A stretch of 64,000 nt of DNA from Cetorhinus maximus. Its lineage: Eukaryota. The notes beneath the pieces are model-generated. The model had not been told where the DNA came from. It did no database searches and saw only the letters and a program-made list of their open reading frames with translations. Numbering within the stretch: position 1 is the stretch's first letter; the number at the start of each line of letters is the position of its first letter. Below are positions 49,215-60,900 of the stretch, piece by piece. The position numbers were made by a program, and so were the translations under genes. The stretch spans positions 3,162,001-3,226,000 of the forward strand of contig NC_135901.1 of NCBI RefSeq assembly GCF_964194155.1. The letters are read 5' to 3'.

Positions 49215-49470
49215 GCTGCAAAAAGAGACATGCTCTTGAAGTTTTCATATTGCACTTATCAGGACAAACACAAGAACACCAAATTTCAAAGGGAGCAACT
49301 ATTTATACTATGTGAGAAAAGGGTGCTGATTAGTTGGCAAGTCAGTTGCGACTGGTCAAGTCGTTGCCATGGAGAATTCACCAGAAAGCTCGTGACCTCA
49401 GCATTTAGTTGGATTCAAAAATGTTGCAATGCCTGGACATGTCCATTTTGGCTTCAGAGTATCAGAGCTT
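49215..49470 (-). mobile_element. Penelope pseudo-LTR remnant
   Basis: Similar to 35270-35500 and 55960-56280; decayed core ctgataagtgcaatatgaaa. Confidence 0.55.
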
Positions 49471-52062
49471 TATGATGGTCCAATGTCACTTCCCTGCTTT
49501 TTTACTCAATGACCTGGATTTTCAGAGTCAGAAAGACTCACCTACCTTCAAAAATTGTGGGTGGGACCCGGATGCGGAAGTCCCACTCCCATTTTTCACA
49601 GATCCAATTTTTGCCAGTAGGGGACAGGGGCAGGGCTTGATTCACACCCAAGTTGAACCTGAACTCAGCAGAGCCATCTGAACTCAGCACTGAGTTCAAA
49701 CAGGCACCATTTTGCCTTGTGCAAGGGAGTTAACTCATAGTGTGAAAGTCACGACTTTATGGAGTAGACGTAAAGACTCTTGTTGGGTGGATAGGGTCTG
49801 TTTAACTGTCATGATTGAAAGTCTTTTTTAAAATCCCCTGCTCTCCTGACTTCGTCTGCAGCTGTCAGTGTAAGTGAAAAAGATAGTTGGCTGTACAATG
49901 TAGCATCAGTCCCAGCAGTTTCAGTAATTGCTGGCATTTCCCTAAGGGCTATTTATGAATGCTTGGCTGACTTCCAAAACCTACAGTCATCTCAGCAGCT
50001 GTTCTGAGTCCACACTTTGACAACTTAAAGAGACCATTAAGGGTTTAGCTGCCTTTGAAGTGGTATGGACAGAAGTATGTTGGTTTTTATATGAGATTAA
50101 CCAAAAGTTTTGAATAAGGTTGCAAGAATGGGAGTTTTGTTTAAAAATAGTGAAGGCTGTTTTAGATTTTTAGAACTTTATTTTAATTAATCTCAACCTG
50201 GCTCCTGGGGTCTGCCCATAGTGAATAATGTGAGTTGGGATGTAGGGTAAAAGGGGCGATGGGGGATCCATGCCAGGGCAAGAGTTGGCATGAGCGGGCA
50301 TGGAGTACATAAGGGCCTTGGGGTGGAATGGGGGCTTGCAATTGGCTCACTTGCAACTAGTGAGGAGGAATTGTGTTGGGCTGCTGCCCCTGGTGGGTGG
50401 GCAATTATTCCAAATAATCATGTCTATTAATTTATTTTTAAAACATTCTCTTGGCATGTGGGTGCCACTGGCGAGGACCAGAGATTCCAAAAGGTTAGAA
50501 TGCAACTGGGATAAAGTCCCAGAGATGGAGGCAGGCCTTTTAACCAGCCCACCTCAGTGCTCGGGCATCCTGTTAGCCGCCTAAGCTCCGATTCCAGTGG
50601 CACAGCAACCAACTCCATCCATAACCGCCCACCTCAAAGCACCACCCCCCTCCCCCCGCCCCCGAGTGAAGATCACAACATTTGGGAACCTTTAAATCGA
50701 GGCAGGTCCGGCAATTGGAAAATTTCCAGATCCAAGCTACCCACCTCGGTACCCAAGATCCAACCCAAGCTCTCTATTTCTGAAGCTCAAGATCCACATG
50801 CTTTGCTAATTCCTCTCTCACTGTGTCCTGCCACCTTCAAAGATCTCTGCACATGAACCCCCAGGTCCCTCTGTCTCTGCTCACTCTTTGGAACTGTGCC
50901 ATGACATCTGTGTTGCCTCTACCTGTTCCTTCTGCCAAATTACATCACCTCAACTTTCCCTGTATTAAACTCCATCTGCCACTTCAGAGAATGTGAAGGG
51001 GAGATTGAAGTGTTAAACTAAACATACAGAGAAGAGGAGGCACTGATTGCTTTAATATGTCACCCACAATTGAAGATCCTTTAAATGCACATGAGGCTCA
51101 TAGAGCACAGTAGGAGGCAATTGGAGGCTCTTTCCAATTAATCCCATTGCCCTGCAATTTTCTTTTTCTTTCAAGAATCTGTCCAGTTCCCTTTTGAACG
51201 ATACAGTTGAATTTACTTCCAGTCAGTTTTGAGGCAGTGGATTCCAAATCGTAACAACTCGCTGTGTTTTTAAAACAAATAATTCCTCATCTTGTGTGTG
51301 GTGTATTTGGACTTTCAAAAAGCATTCGGAAAGCTGTCAACCAGGAGGTTCATACACAAAATGAGGTCTCAATCCTTATGAATGATCTAGATGAGGGACT
51401 GAGTGTAATGTGTCCAAATTTGCTGACAATGAAACAAGGATTTGCATTTCTATAGCGCCTTTCACAACCACAGGATGTTTCAAAGCCTTTTACAGCCACT
51501 TTTGAAATGTAGTCACTGTTGTAATGTAGGAAACTCGGCAGCCAATTTGCACACGGCAAGGTCCCACAAACAGAAATGTGATAATGACCCAAATGATATG
51601 TTTGTGGTTATGTTGACTGAAGGATAAATGTTGGCCCAAGACACCAGGGATCAAGGCCCGGGAGAGTGGGGTTCAGACAGTGCCAAACAGCAGGGCCTGG
51701 GATGTTATGGGTGGGGGAGGTGAGTAGGTGTGGTCTGGGCTCATTGTTTCAAACAGTTTTGCATCATCCTCACTGAGCAGCCAGAGCTACAAACCTGACA
51801 GACCAGCTTAAAAAACAGATCTGTCAGGCTGAGAGTTCTGATATTTTCGAAGCCAGTCTGTCAGTGTCAGGTCAATTTCACGAGTTGCTGCTGCTGCCTC
51901 GAACTTCAGGCAGCTTTGCAATTCCAATTTTTTTGAAAAGCCTGCCAGGAAACCACAAAGCTGCCCGAAGGTGAGAAGCAGCAGCAGCAGAAACTGAGAG
52001 TTTTCCTGCTTGAGAAATAGTCAGTCAAATCCCTGTAATTTTACAACCAATTGGATGCTGTT

Positions 52063-52415
52063 GTGGGTAGGGGGTGGGGGGGAGGGGTGGGTGGGAGGAA
52101 GGGGGGGCATGTTTAGAGGGGGTTGGGGGAAGTTTGGAGGGGGTTTGGGGGATGTGGGAGGGGGTTTGGGGGATGTGGGTAGGTTGGAGGGGTGGTTGGG
52201 GGTAGGTTTTGAAAGGGGTTGTGGGGAAGTTTGGGAGTTGGGGAAAGTTTGGAGGGGGGTTGAGGGGTAGGTCAAGGTTTGGAGGGAAGTTGGAGGGATT
52301 TGGGGAAGTTTGGAAGGGGTTGGGGGAAATTTGGAGGGAGGTCAGGGAAGTTTGGTGGAGAAGGGGGGATGGTTGGAGGAGTTCAGGGGAGCTAGAGGGG
52401 TTTTGGGGGTAGATT
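52063..52415 (+). repeat. G-rich low-complexity tract
   Basis: Imperfect ggggaagtttggagg-like repeats with many G3-G6 runs. Confidence 0.8.
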
Positions 52416-53269
52416 AGGTACAGATTTGAATTGTTTTTGTAAATGTAGCCACTTTGCTAACATCAGTTGATTGCTCGGTGATTAATTATCTTTAAATAAT
52501 CAGCATTGGGCCTCCACTTTCACCATTGCTACTGTCACTCTGCCCACTGCATGCAGTTATAATGAAAGAAAGACAAAACCTACATTTATATAGCACCTTT
52601 CACAATGTCCTAAATCACTTTCCAGCCAATTCAGCACTTTTGAGTTGTAGTCATTGGTGAAATGTAGAGAATGTTATCTAATGGCGGAGCAGGCTCATGG
52701 GGGCGAATGACCTACTCCTGCTCCTAATACATATGTGTGTATGGAGATAGGTGAGATGAACAGGACTCGATGGCCTTTGTCATCTATAATTATCTTGCGA
52801 ACAGAGGGTGGAATCCTGGCTGGAGTTCTGTTTATTTTGTTGCTGGTGAAAGTTTACTGTGAGCAGGATTTGTGGGATGAGATCACCAGGACAGGAGTGC
52901 AGATTGAGCTCAGAGTGAATCAGTAACCTGTTTTACTGCACATAATTCACAAGAGTCTTTTCCATATACTTCAATCTTATCCTTTTGTCCAGTTACCTGT
53001 TATCCCACTCCATCTTGCTGTTTTTTTCTGAGTTTTTTGAGGTTAGAAATATCGTGATAAAGTTATGGGGCGTTGCAGATATTGAAAATATATTGTGGTG
53101 AGAAGCAGCAATCAGCAGAGTCTTCGGACTTGCTGATGACCAAACAGATACAACTGTGAGCCATTCAGTCTTCGTTCTCTGGCCCCTTAAAAGTTCTGTT
53201 GCACGGAGAAGCCTGAGAGCCTGGAAACAGGAAAAGCACCGGGGCCCAGGATTTCTCTCCCAGTCCCTG

Positions 53270-53520
53270 CTGGAGATAACTCTTCTGCCCTTCTTCGAAA
53301 TAGTGGCTGTGGGTTCTTCTTCGCCCACCTGAGAGGGCAGACAGGGCCTTGGTGTATTGCTCGTCTGAAGGACAGCAGCTCTGACAGTGCAGCACTCTCT
53401 CAGTGCTGGCACCAGGAATGTCAATTTTGATTGTTGTTCTTGGGCCCCTGGATTGGGACTGGAACCAACAACCTTCTGACTCAGAAGTAAGAGTGAGATC
53501 CACTGAGCCACTGCTGACAC
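53270..53520 (-). mobile_element. Deu-domain SINE (SacSINE1-like), 5' part
   Basis: tRNA-like head gtggctcagtgg..ggttccagtccc, then gtgctgcactgtcagagctgctgtccttcagacgag..ctgccctctcaggtgg. Confidence 0.65.
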
Positions 53521-54214
53521 GATAGACAATACAGATTTAGAAAGGGAAAGTTACCCTTTAAAAGCCCCCACCCTTTGCCTCCAGCACCTAAATCTAATAA
53601 TAAAAACCCTAGTATAAAAAACACATACAGGACTGACAAATGTTACAGTGTTGGTTTAGAGCCAAAGTTTCGAGTTCCCATTTGAGTTCCTACGCCTTTC
53701 TGTCTCTCTATTGCGCATGTGAATGACAGCCAGGCGATGGAGCTGAAGGCTCAATGTAGCTGAGAATAACAGGGCTTGTGGCCCAGTTGGGAAACTGCCA
53801 CTGACGTCGCACTAATAGAGAGAGACAGGAAGGTGCTGGAGGAATGACTGGGAAATGGGCCTCCAGCCAATCAGGGAGGGAGAGATGGTGATGTGACCCC
53901 CCCCCCCCCAAGGTTCAGTGCTCCTGTGTCCAAAGTGGGGAGTCATGAGGACAGGGTACAGAGGGGCCAAAAAGAAACCATTTGGATCCAGAACATTGTG
54001 CACATCCTTTTACTCTGGTTGTCTTTGATCCCCAGGTAATTTTGTTTTTTTAAACCATGTTCTGTTACATTAATTTTATCAGTAAAAATATTTGATTTTG
54101 CTGGACTTTTGATTAGATTTATGCACTTTAGGGAAAGTGGGTGAAAGGAATTGGCAGGCTGTTTAACAGAAAGTGAGTCCCTCTAAGGTAATTGGCAAAG
54201 GATCCAGAAGGTGA

Positions 54215-54520
54215 GATGATGGTGGGGGGGTCGAAAACCAGGGGTCACAGTCTGAGGATATGGGGAAGACCATTTAGGACTGAGATGAGGAGAAATTTCT
54301 TCACCCAAAGAGTGGTGAGCCTGTGGAATTCGTTACCACGGAAAGTAGTTGAGACCAAAGCATTGTATGTTTTCAAGGAGTTAGATACAGCTCTTGGGGC
54401 GAAAGGGATCAAAGGGTATGGGAAGAAAGCGGGAGCAGGCTATTGAGTTGGATGATCAGCCATGATCATAATGAATGGCGGAGCCGAATGGCCTACTCCT
54501 GTTCCTAGTTTCTATGTAAA
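54215..54520 (+). mobile_element. CR1 3' tail fragment
   Basis: TRGHSLRIWGRPFRTEMRRNFFTQRVVSLWNSLP. Confidence 0.82.
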
Positions 54521-54974
54521 TTTTATTTTTTTCACACAGCGAGTTGTTCTGATCTGCCTGAAAGCAGATTCAATTATTTATTTCCAAGGTGTAAATATTT
54601 GAAAGGGAAGAATTTGCAGGGCTGTAGGGAAAGAGGAGAGCAGTTGGATGAATCAGAAATTCCTTTCAAAGAGATGGCATGGGCATGATGAGCCAAATGG
54701 ACTCATGCAGCCTGTGAATCTGAGCTTCCTGTCTTTGTGCAGGTTAAAAGGGTCAGATTTCATTTCAGCCTCTTCCTGGTATATATATTTAAAGAGACAA
54801 GTTTCTCTTTAGTTCTGAGGGACCGACATAACAATGTCTCCAATCCTCTGTATATTTAAACATTGAAGATTGCATGGCCAATTGTAGTCAACAGCCTTCC
54901 TGTCGCTCTCTCAGGAGGCAGCAAGAAAGCATTTGACTGCTTAACAATAGCAACCTCCGCTGAACATAATTAAA

Positions 54975-55480
54975 CCACAACAACAAAAACAACCTGCATT
55001 TGTATAGCACCTTTAATCATGTGCTTCACAGGTGCCATTACTAAACAAAATTTTACACCGAGCCACATAAAGAGATGACCAGTAGCTTGGTTTTAAGGAG
55101 TTTCCTAAAGAAGCACAAAAGATCAAGGGGCAGAGAGGTTTAAGGAGGGAATTCCAGAGCATGGGACCCAGGCAGCTGAAGGCAAAGCCCCCAGTTGTTG
55201 TGCAATTGAAATTGGGGATATTGAAGAGGCCAAAATTAGTGAAGCACAGATATCTCAGAGGGTTTTAGGGATGGAGAAGATTACAGAGATGGGGAGAGGG
55301 GGATGTGAGACCATGTGGTGATTTGAAAAAAGGATGCTGGGGAGGGATTTGAAAAAAAAGAGAATTTTAAAATCGAGGTGTTGCTTGAGTGGGAGCCAGT
55401 GTTGGTCAGTGAGCACAGCGGGTGATAGGTGAACGGGACTGAGTGTGAGTTGGGAAACGGGCAGCAGAGTTTGTCGACTG
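54975..55480 (-). mobile_element. L2-type 3' fragment
   Basis: Similar to 37960-38460; tail gtgctatacaaatgcaggttgtt on the minus strand. Confidence 0.6.
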
Positions 55481-55954
55481 AAGAAAACTGGTCCAGTTCT
55501 GTACATTTCCCATTACACTACTTATGTCTAAGATTGAGCTGACATCAAACCTTTCCATTGTGTAATCCGCTGATGTCATCACATTCTATTGTGATGATGT
55601 CATAAGATTACTTTCAGCATTTTTCTGATTATATAATCAGCTGACACCAGACTATATACTTTATTGGGAGTGTGGGATTAGCTGATGCCTGTACAATCCT
55701 TTACCTTTGCGCAGTAAGCAGAAACGATCGTTTGTGTGATTTCATAAATAGAATTTTTAACTACATGTACATAACTTATTTTTCAATACGGAAATGGTCT
55801 GGATCGTGAACATTTACCACTAAAATTAACCAATTTGCTAGCGCAAGCATATGTGACTTTTCAGCCAATTTGTTGTTCTTGTTTACAATAAATTGTTGGG
55901 GAGAAAAAAATGTTATTTCAACCAATCTCCTAATGTTATCAAATCCTTTTAAAT

Positions 55955-56300
55955 ATTTGAATATTGCTGAAAAAAGAGACATGCTGTCAAAGCTTTTCGT
56001 CTTGCACTCATCAGGATAGATGCAAGAATACCAAATGTCAAAGGGAACAACAGTTTAAACTGTCTGAGAAACAGGGTGCTAATTGGTTGTCATGGCATTG
56101 CCATGGAGAATGCACCAGGGAACAGTTACCCCAAGCTTTTGTTCAAATTCAGAAATGGCAAGTCAATTCTGATTGGTTGAGATGTTGCCATGGGGAATGC
56201 ATCAAGGAACAATTGTCCCCTAAACTCCTGTTTAATTAAAAAGGCAAAATGCTTGGAACAAATTCCTTTTGTGTGCAGAAAACAGGGCCCAGTATTTGAA
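55955..56300 (-). mobile_element. Penelope pseudo-LTR remnant
   Basis: Similar to 35258-35610; contains a hammerhead motif. Confidence 0.65.
55984..56019 (-). ncRNA. Minimal type I hammerhead ribozyme motif (Penelope-associated)
   Basis: ctatc-CTGATGA-gt-gcaag-ac-GAAA-agct-TT-gacag: intact core, 2-bp stem II, palindromic AGCT in place of stem III, stem I with one mismatch. Confidence 0.6.
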
Positions 56301-57099
56301 TATGAAAAATCCAGTGCCTGGATCCAGTTTGCATGTTCACTACATCTAATCATTTCTTCCTATGGCCATAGCCTATTCGTGTACCACGTTTTGTTAAAAT
56401 CTATCCATTAGTTTTTAAGATATATTGTTACAGACAGACAGACAAACAAACAGGGATGAAAACATTCTCTGTAAGGACAAGCTGAAAAAATAAACGTTTT
56501 TATTAAGACCGAGGAAGCCTTAGGCTAATCCACAGCCAACAACCTGCTCTGAAAACTCTGCTGATATTTTGACAGCTGTGATAAATTCCACCCCAGCAGC
56601 GTAGACAATCCACAACATTCCAAAGCAATCGCCATTCGAAATAAAACAAACCACAACAATTGAAAAGAAAAAGTCAATTCTCCTGCTCTCCCAATATGAA
56701 CGGATCCTTCAAAAAAATTCCAGGATCCGGAACTACACCAAAGATAGGACAGTTCTTGCATGGTCGGTGTACCAAGTTTCAGTAAATCCATCCATTAATT
56801 TGTGAGATCAATTGTTTACAGACAAACATCTTCAATGGCAGAGATACTCTCAGTACATTGACCAGCCCCAAAATCTACTGTCTGCCAGTATTTCACAGGG
56901 GGAAAGGGGTGGATTCTCAGACGAGTAAGATAAGGCATCCCCTTTAAATAGCCAGTTCCCACAATGTATTCAGTGGCTTCTGGAGGGAAGCAGATTGGTC
57001 CACACTGGGAGTTCTTGCACTGCCCCTCCCCCCAGCCTCAGGTCAGCTGGCTCCTGCTCCTGCTGGACAATCTGCCTGTAAGAATAGGAGCGTGTTGAT

Positions 57100-57560
57100 T
57101 TAAAAATAAACTTGCATTTATATAGCACCTTCCACCACCTCAGGGAGTCTCAAAGTGTTCCACTGCCAATGAAACGCTTTTTGAAATGTGGTCACACTGT
57201 AGGAAACGTGGCAACCAATTTGTGCACAGCAAGCTCCCACAGACGGCAATGGCCAGAGTGTCTGTTTTCACTGATGTTGATTGAGGGATAAATATCAGGC
57301 ACCAGGACACCAGGGGAGATCTCCTCCCCCTCGTGCTCTCCTTCCAATTGTGGCCATTGAATCTTTTACATACACCTGAGAGGGCAGACGGGGTTCTCGG
57401 GTTAATGTCTCACTGGAAAGACGGTCCCTCCGACAGGTCAGCTCTCCCTCATAACTGGCACCGGAGGTGTCAGCCGTGGATTCTGGGGGCTTGAGTCTCT
57501 GGGTTGGGGATTCGAACACAGCACCTCCTGACTCAGAGGTAAGAGTGCGACCCACTGTCA
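57100..57560 (-). mobile_element. Deu-domain SINE (SacSINE1-like), near full length
   Basis: Head gcactcttacctctgagtcaggagg..gttcgaatccc; Deu core gtctttccagtgagacattaacccgag..ctgccctctcaggtg; L2-like tail gtgctatataaatgcaag. Confidence 0.7.
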
Positions 57561-57906
57561 TGCTGTGTTGAATAAAATCATCTCGCTGGTGTTCTAGAAT
57601 GATGGAATGGTTACAACACTGAAGAGAGGCTATTCAGCCCATTGTGTCTGTGCCAGCCCTCTGCAAGAGCAGCGAACATAGTGTCATTCCGCTACCTTTT
57701 CCACATAATCCTGTCAATTTTTCCCCTTCAGATAATGATCCAATTTTCTGTTGAAAACCATGACCGAATCTTCCTCCAAGCCCCTTCATCCCTGGCACCA
57801 TTCTAGTACATCTCCAATCCTCCCCTTCACCAACTGTCAGAATGAACATGGTTCAGTCCTGGATGTGATTAACAGCAGCAATAACGGCAAAACCCAACCC
57901 CTGTAA

Positions 57907-58749
57907 TTACTTGTGAACTCGCCGGTGTCTCAGCAGACTGGATAACTGACTGAAACCCTTCCCACACATAGAGCAGGTGAATGGCCTCTCACCAGTGTGA
58001 ATTCGCTGGTGTCTCAGCAGGGTGGACGAATCTCTGAATCCCTTCCCACATTCAGAGCAGATGGACGGTCTCTCCCTGGTATGAACTCGCTGATGCATCA
58101 CCAGGTTGCATGACTGAATGAATCCTTTCCCACATCCAGAGCAGGTGAATGGCCTCTTCCCATTGTGAACATGTTGGTGTGTCTGCAGGTGGGATAATTG
58201 AGTGAATCCTTTCCCACACTCGGAGCAGATGAAAGGCCTCTCCCCGGTGTGAACTCACTGGTGTGTCAGCAGGTTGGATGACTGAGGGAATCCCTTCCCA
58301 CATGTAGAGCAGATGAAAGGCTTCTCCCCGGTGTGAACCCGCTGGTGTGTCAGGAGGGCAGATGAATCGCTGAATCTCTTCCCACACTCAGAGCAGGTGA
58401 ATGGCCTCTCTCTGGTGTGAACTCGCTGGTGCATCATCAGGTTGGATGACTGAGTGAATGCCTTCCCACACTCAGAGCAGATAAATGGCCTCTCCCCAGT
58501 GTGAACTCGCTTGTGTGTCAGCAGGTGAGATGAATTACTGAATCCCTTCCCACATTCAGAGCAGACGAAAGGCCTCTCCCCGGAGTGAACTCGCTGGTGT
58601 TTCAGCAGGGTGGATGACTGAGTGAATGCTTTCCCACACTCAGAGCAGGTGAAAGGCCTCTCCCCAGTGTGAATGCGTTGATGAGTTTCCAGCGCAGATG
58701 GGGTGCAGAATCCCTTCCCACAGTCCCCACATTTGTACGGTTTCTCCAT
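57907..58749 (-). pseudogene. Type B C2H2 ZNF, 10-finger frame with one premature stop (164-aa truncated product or pseudogene)
   Basis: ORFs 58255..58749 and 57907..58101 share a frame. The only lesion is HQ*VH (TGA at 58257-58255, CGA in most other fingers) in finger 6. Acceptor at 59111. Confidence 0.85.
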
Positions 58750-60099
58750 GGTGCAGGTGTCCTTGTGTCCCTCCAGGTTAACCGCTCAGTTGAAACCTCA
58801 TCTTCACACAGAACGTGTGTACAATCTCTCCCGGCTGTGAATGGCGTAATGTTGTTTCAGACTGTATAACTGTTTAAAGCTCTTTTCACAGTCAGTGCAC
58901 TGGAGCACTGTCACTCAGTTGTCTGTGTCTCATTGCTTTTCCAGTCACACTGATGCTTGAAATGTTTTCCCACAGACAGAACAGGGGAACATTTCTCCTT
59001 CCACATTCAAAGGGCTGATGATATTCAGGTCCTGATGAATCCAATAACTCTGTCAGATCTTGATGCGATATTTGGTTTGAGTTTCCCAGATACAAGTCCT
59101 CTCCTAATATCCTGTAAAAGGAGTTTACAAAAGTTATCATTGTCAGTGCAGGATAAAAATTCACAACACATAATTCTAGTTTCTACGGAACATTCTTTCT
59201 CTCATATTCCCCAGAAGCAGTAGCTCTCTGTCCCACACACAGTCCCTCCATTCTCACTTTGCTGTAACTCCCAAATCTCCTGAAGGTGCCATTTCATGCT
59301 GATCAGCAGATCCATGTGCACTGCTTCCTGTCCAGGGCACAGGGGCCTTTGAAATCATTATGCAGGCTATATATATATGTATACATTACTGGATTTAAAA
59401 TGTGCATAATATACACTGGCATTACTTGATTAAAGATACAGAGAGGATGCAAGGAAGAGCTTTATTTAGGAGCGAATGTGCATGACCTGGAACTCACTGC
59501 CTACAAGGGTGGAGGAACTCGCGATGATCAGTGATTTCAAAATGAAATTGGTGGACACTTGAAGGAAATAAACTTGTAGGAGAACGGGGTAGAGAGGGAG
59601 AATGGGATGGATGGCTCTAGAGAGAGTCAGCATGGACTTGAGTTGCTGAATGCATTCCTGTGCTGTAATGACTCGATAACTGGAAATATATAACGGTAGC
59701 TAGAGTACTATATTACAAGACTAGACATATTTATAAATGAAAGTTATTATCGGTCAACAAAAAATATATCAAATATTTACCATATAAAAACATTCGACAT
59801 ATCTCTGCCCTATATTAGTTTACTGCCAGCTTAAATGTCAGGCATCTCCTGGGGAATCCGCCTATTTTATTGGAAATACTAGGAAAGAGGCTATCCTTTT
59901 AGCCAGACAAATAAATGTGTCAAGCTGAGGGAGTAAAGGGTGTCAATGTCTTTAAGAGAGAGCGAGAGAGAAAGAGAGACCTGGGTCAACCTTTCCACAG
60001 TCTGCACCCTCTTCCTTTCCCTTCAGTTCCTGCAGGTCAACAATTTAAACCCAGAATTAGAAAAGAAATGGAAAGGGGGAGAAAAAGAAAGTGTTTTAC

Positions 60100-60900
60100 T
60101 CACAGATATTTGACACGGGACTGGGGAGAAAGTTTTCGTGTGTGAGAAGCTAAATCCTCATTCAGAGAGAGAAGCAGCATCAGCAGCTTTGCTGGGCAGT
60201 AACGGACAGGTTTAAAAGCTCATTGTCCAACATCCGCATTCAAACAATGGGGGAAGCTCCGTGTCGGCAATGCGACAGTGCCCGCGCTCTGATTGGTTGG
60301 AGGACCATCCACCTTCCGGTCGTCCAGCTCCTCCCATTGGTTAACCTCGGTCCGACCACAATGAGGGAGAGTAACCCGAGCGCGTGTTCGGTGGAGAGAG
60401 TTTGACCATCAAGTCCAGTGCTCTCAATGTGAACTGGGAACGCTCCTCTGAATCATTGTGACGCCTGAATCAGCCAATAGGACTGACTGTGCTCCGCGGT
60501 GACGTCCTCGGGTTCCAGTTTGCAGACCAGGCGCGCGGACACGGTAGCCCCACCCATTGTTCCCCATCCCCCTAACCTCCTCGAGCCAAAGTTTCCAGGC
60601 AACCGGCTGACGGCTCCGGCCAGAGCGAGAAGCCGCTCAGCGAATTCCCCCTCTGTCTACGGCGACTGGCTTCTCCAAAAAGAGATCGAGAGCGACCGCT
60701 GACGGCAGCCGCACTGCGCCTGCTCCGGACAGAAAGCGCTTTCTGCGCCTGCGTGCTGGGCTGCCAGCTATGGGAGTGGGGAGGGGACTGTGTAAAATGT
60801 CTTCTCATTTTCTTCCAATGCAATTTGATTTTAAACGGCACAGCATTTGTGTTTAGGTTCATAAACATTAAAACTTCTTCCTCGGTCCAACATCTGTGAG
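60100..60900. promoter_or_regulatory. Bidirectional CpG promoter for ZNF 57907..58749 (-) and ZNF 62266..62940 (+)
   Basis: CCAAT boxes (~60292, 60336, 60474), CRE-like tgacg (~60459, 60500), tgcgcctgc twice; matching donors atct|gtgagtaaa at ~60103 (-) and ~60896 (+). Confidence 0.75.

Noticed and set aside
49511-50766. Harbinger-like MITE with ctggattt/agatccaaccc ends
   Set aside because: The terminal repeats are too degenerate and no clear TSD is visible.
52010-52412. Pro-rich and Gly-rich ORFs
   Set aside because: They are translations of a low-complexity G tract.
58255-58257. Selenocysteine recoding of in-frame TGA codons
   Set aside because: The TGA replaces Arg CGA, not Cys. The homologous upstream stops include TAA, and no SECIS was recognised.
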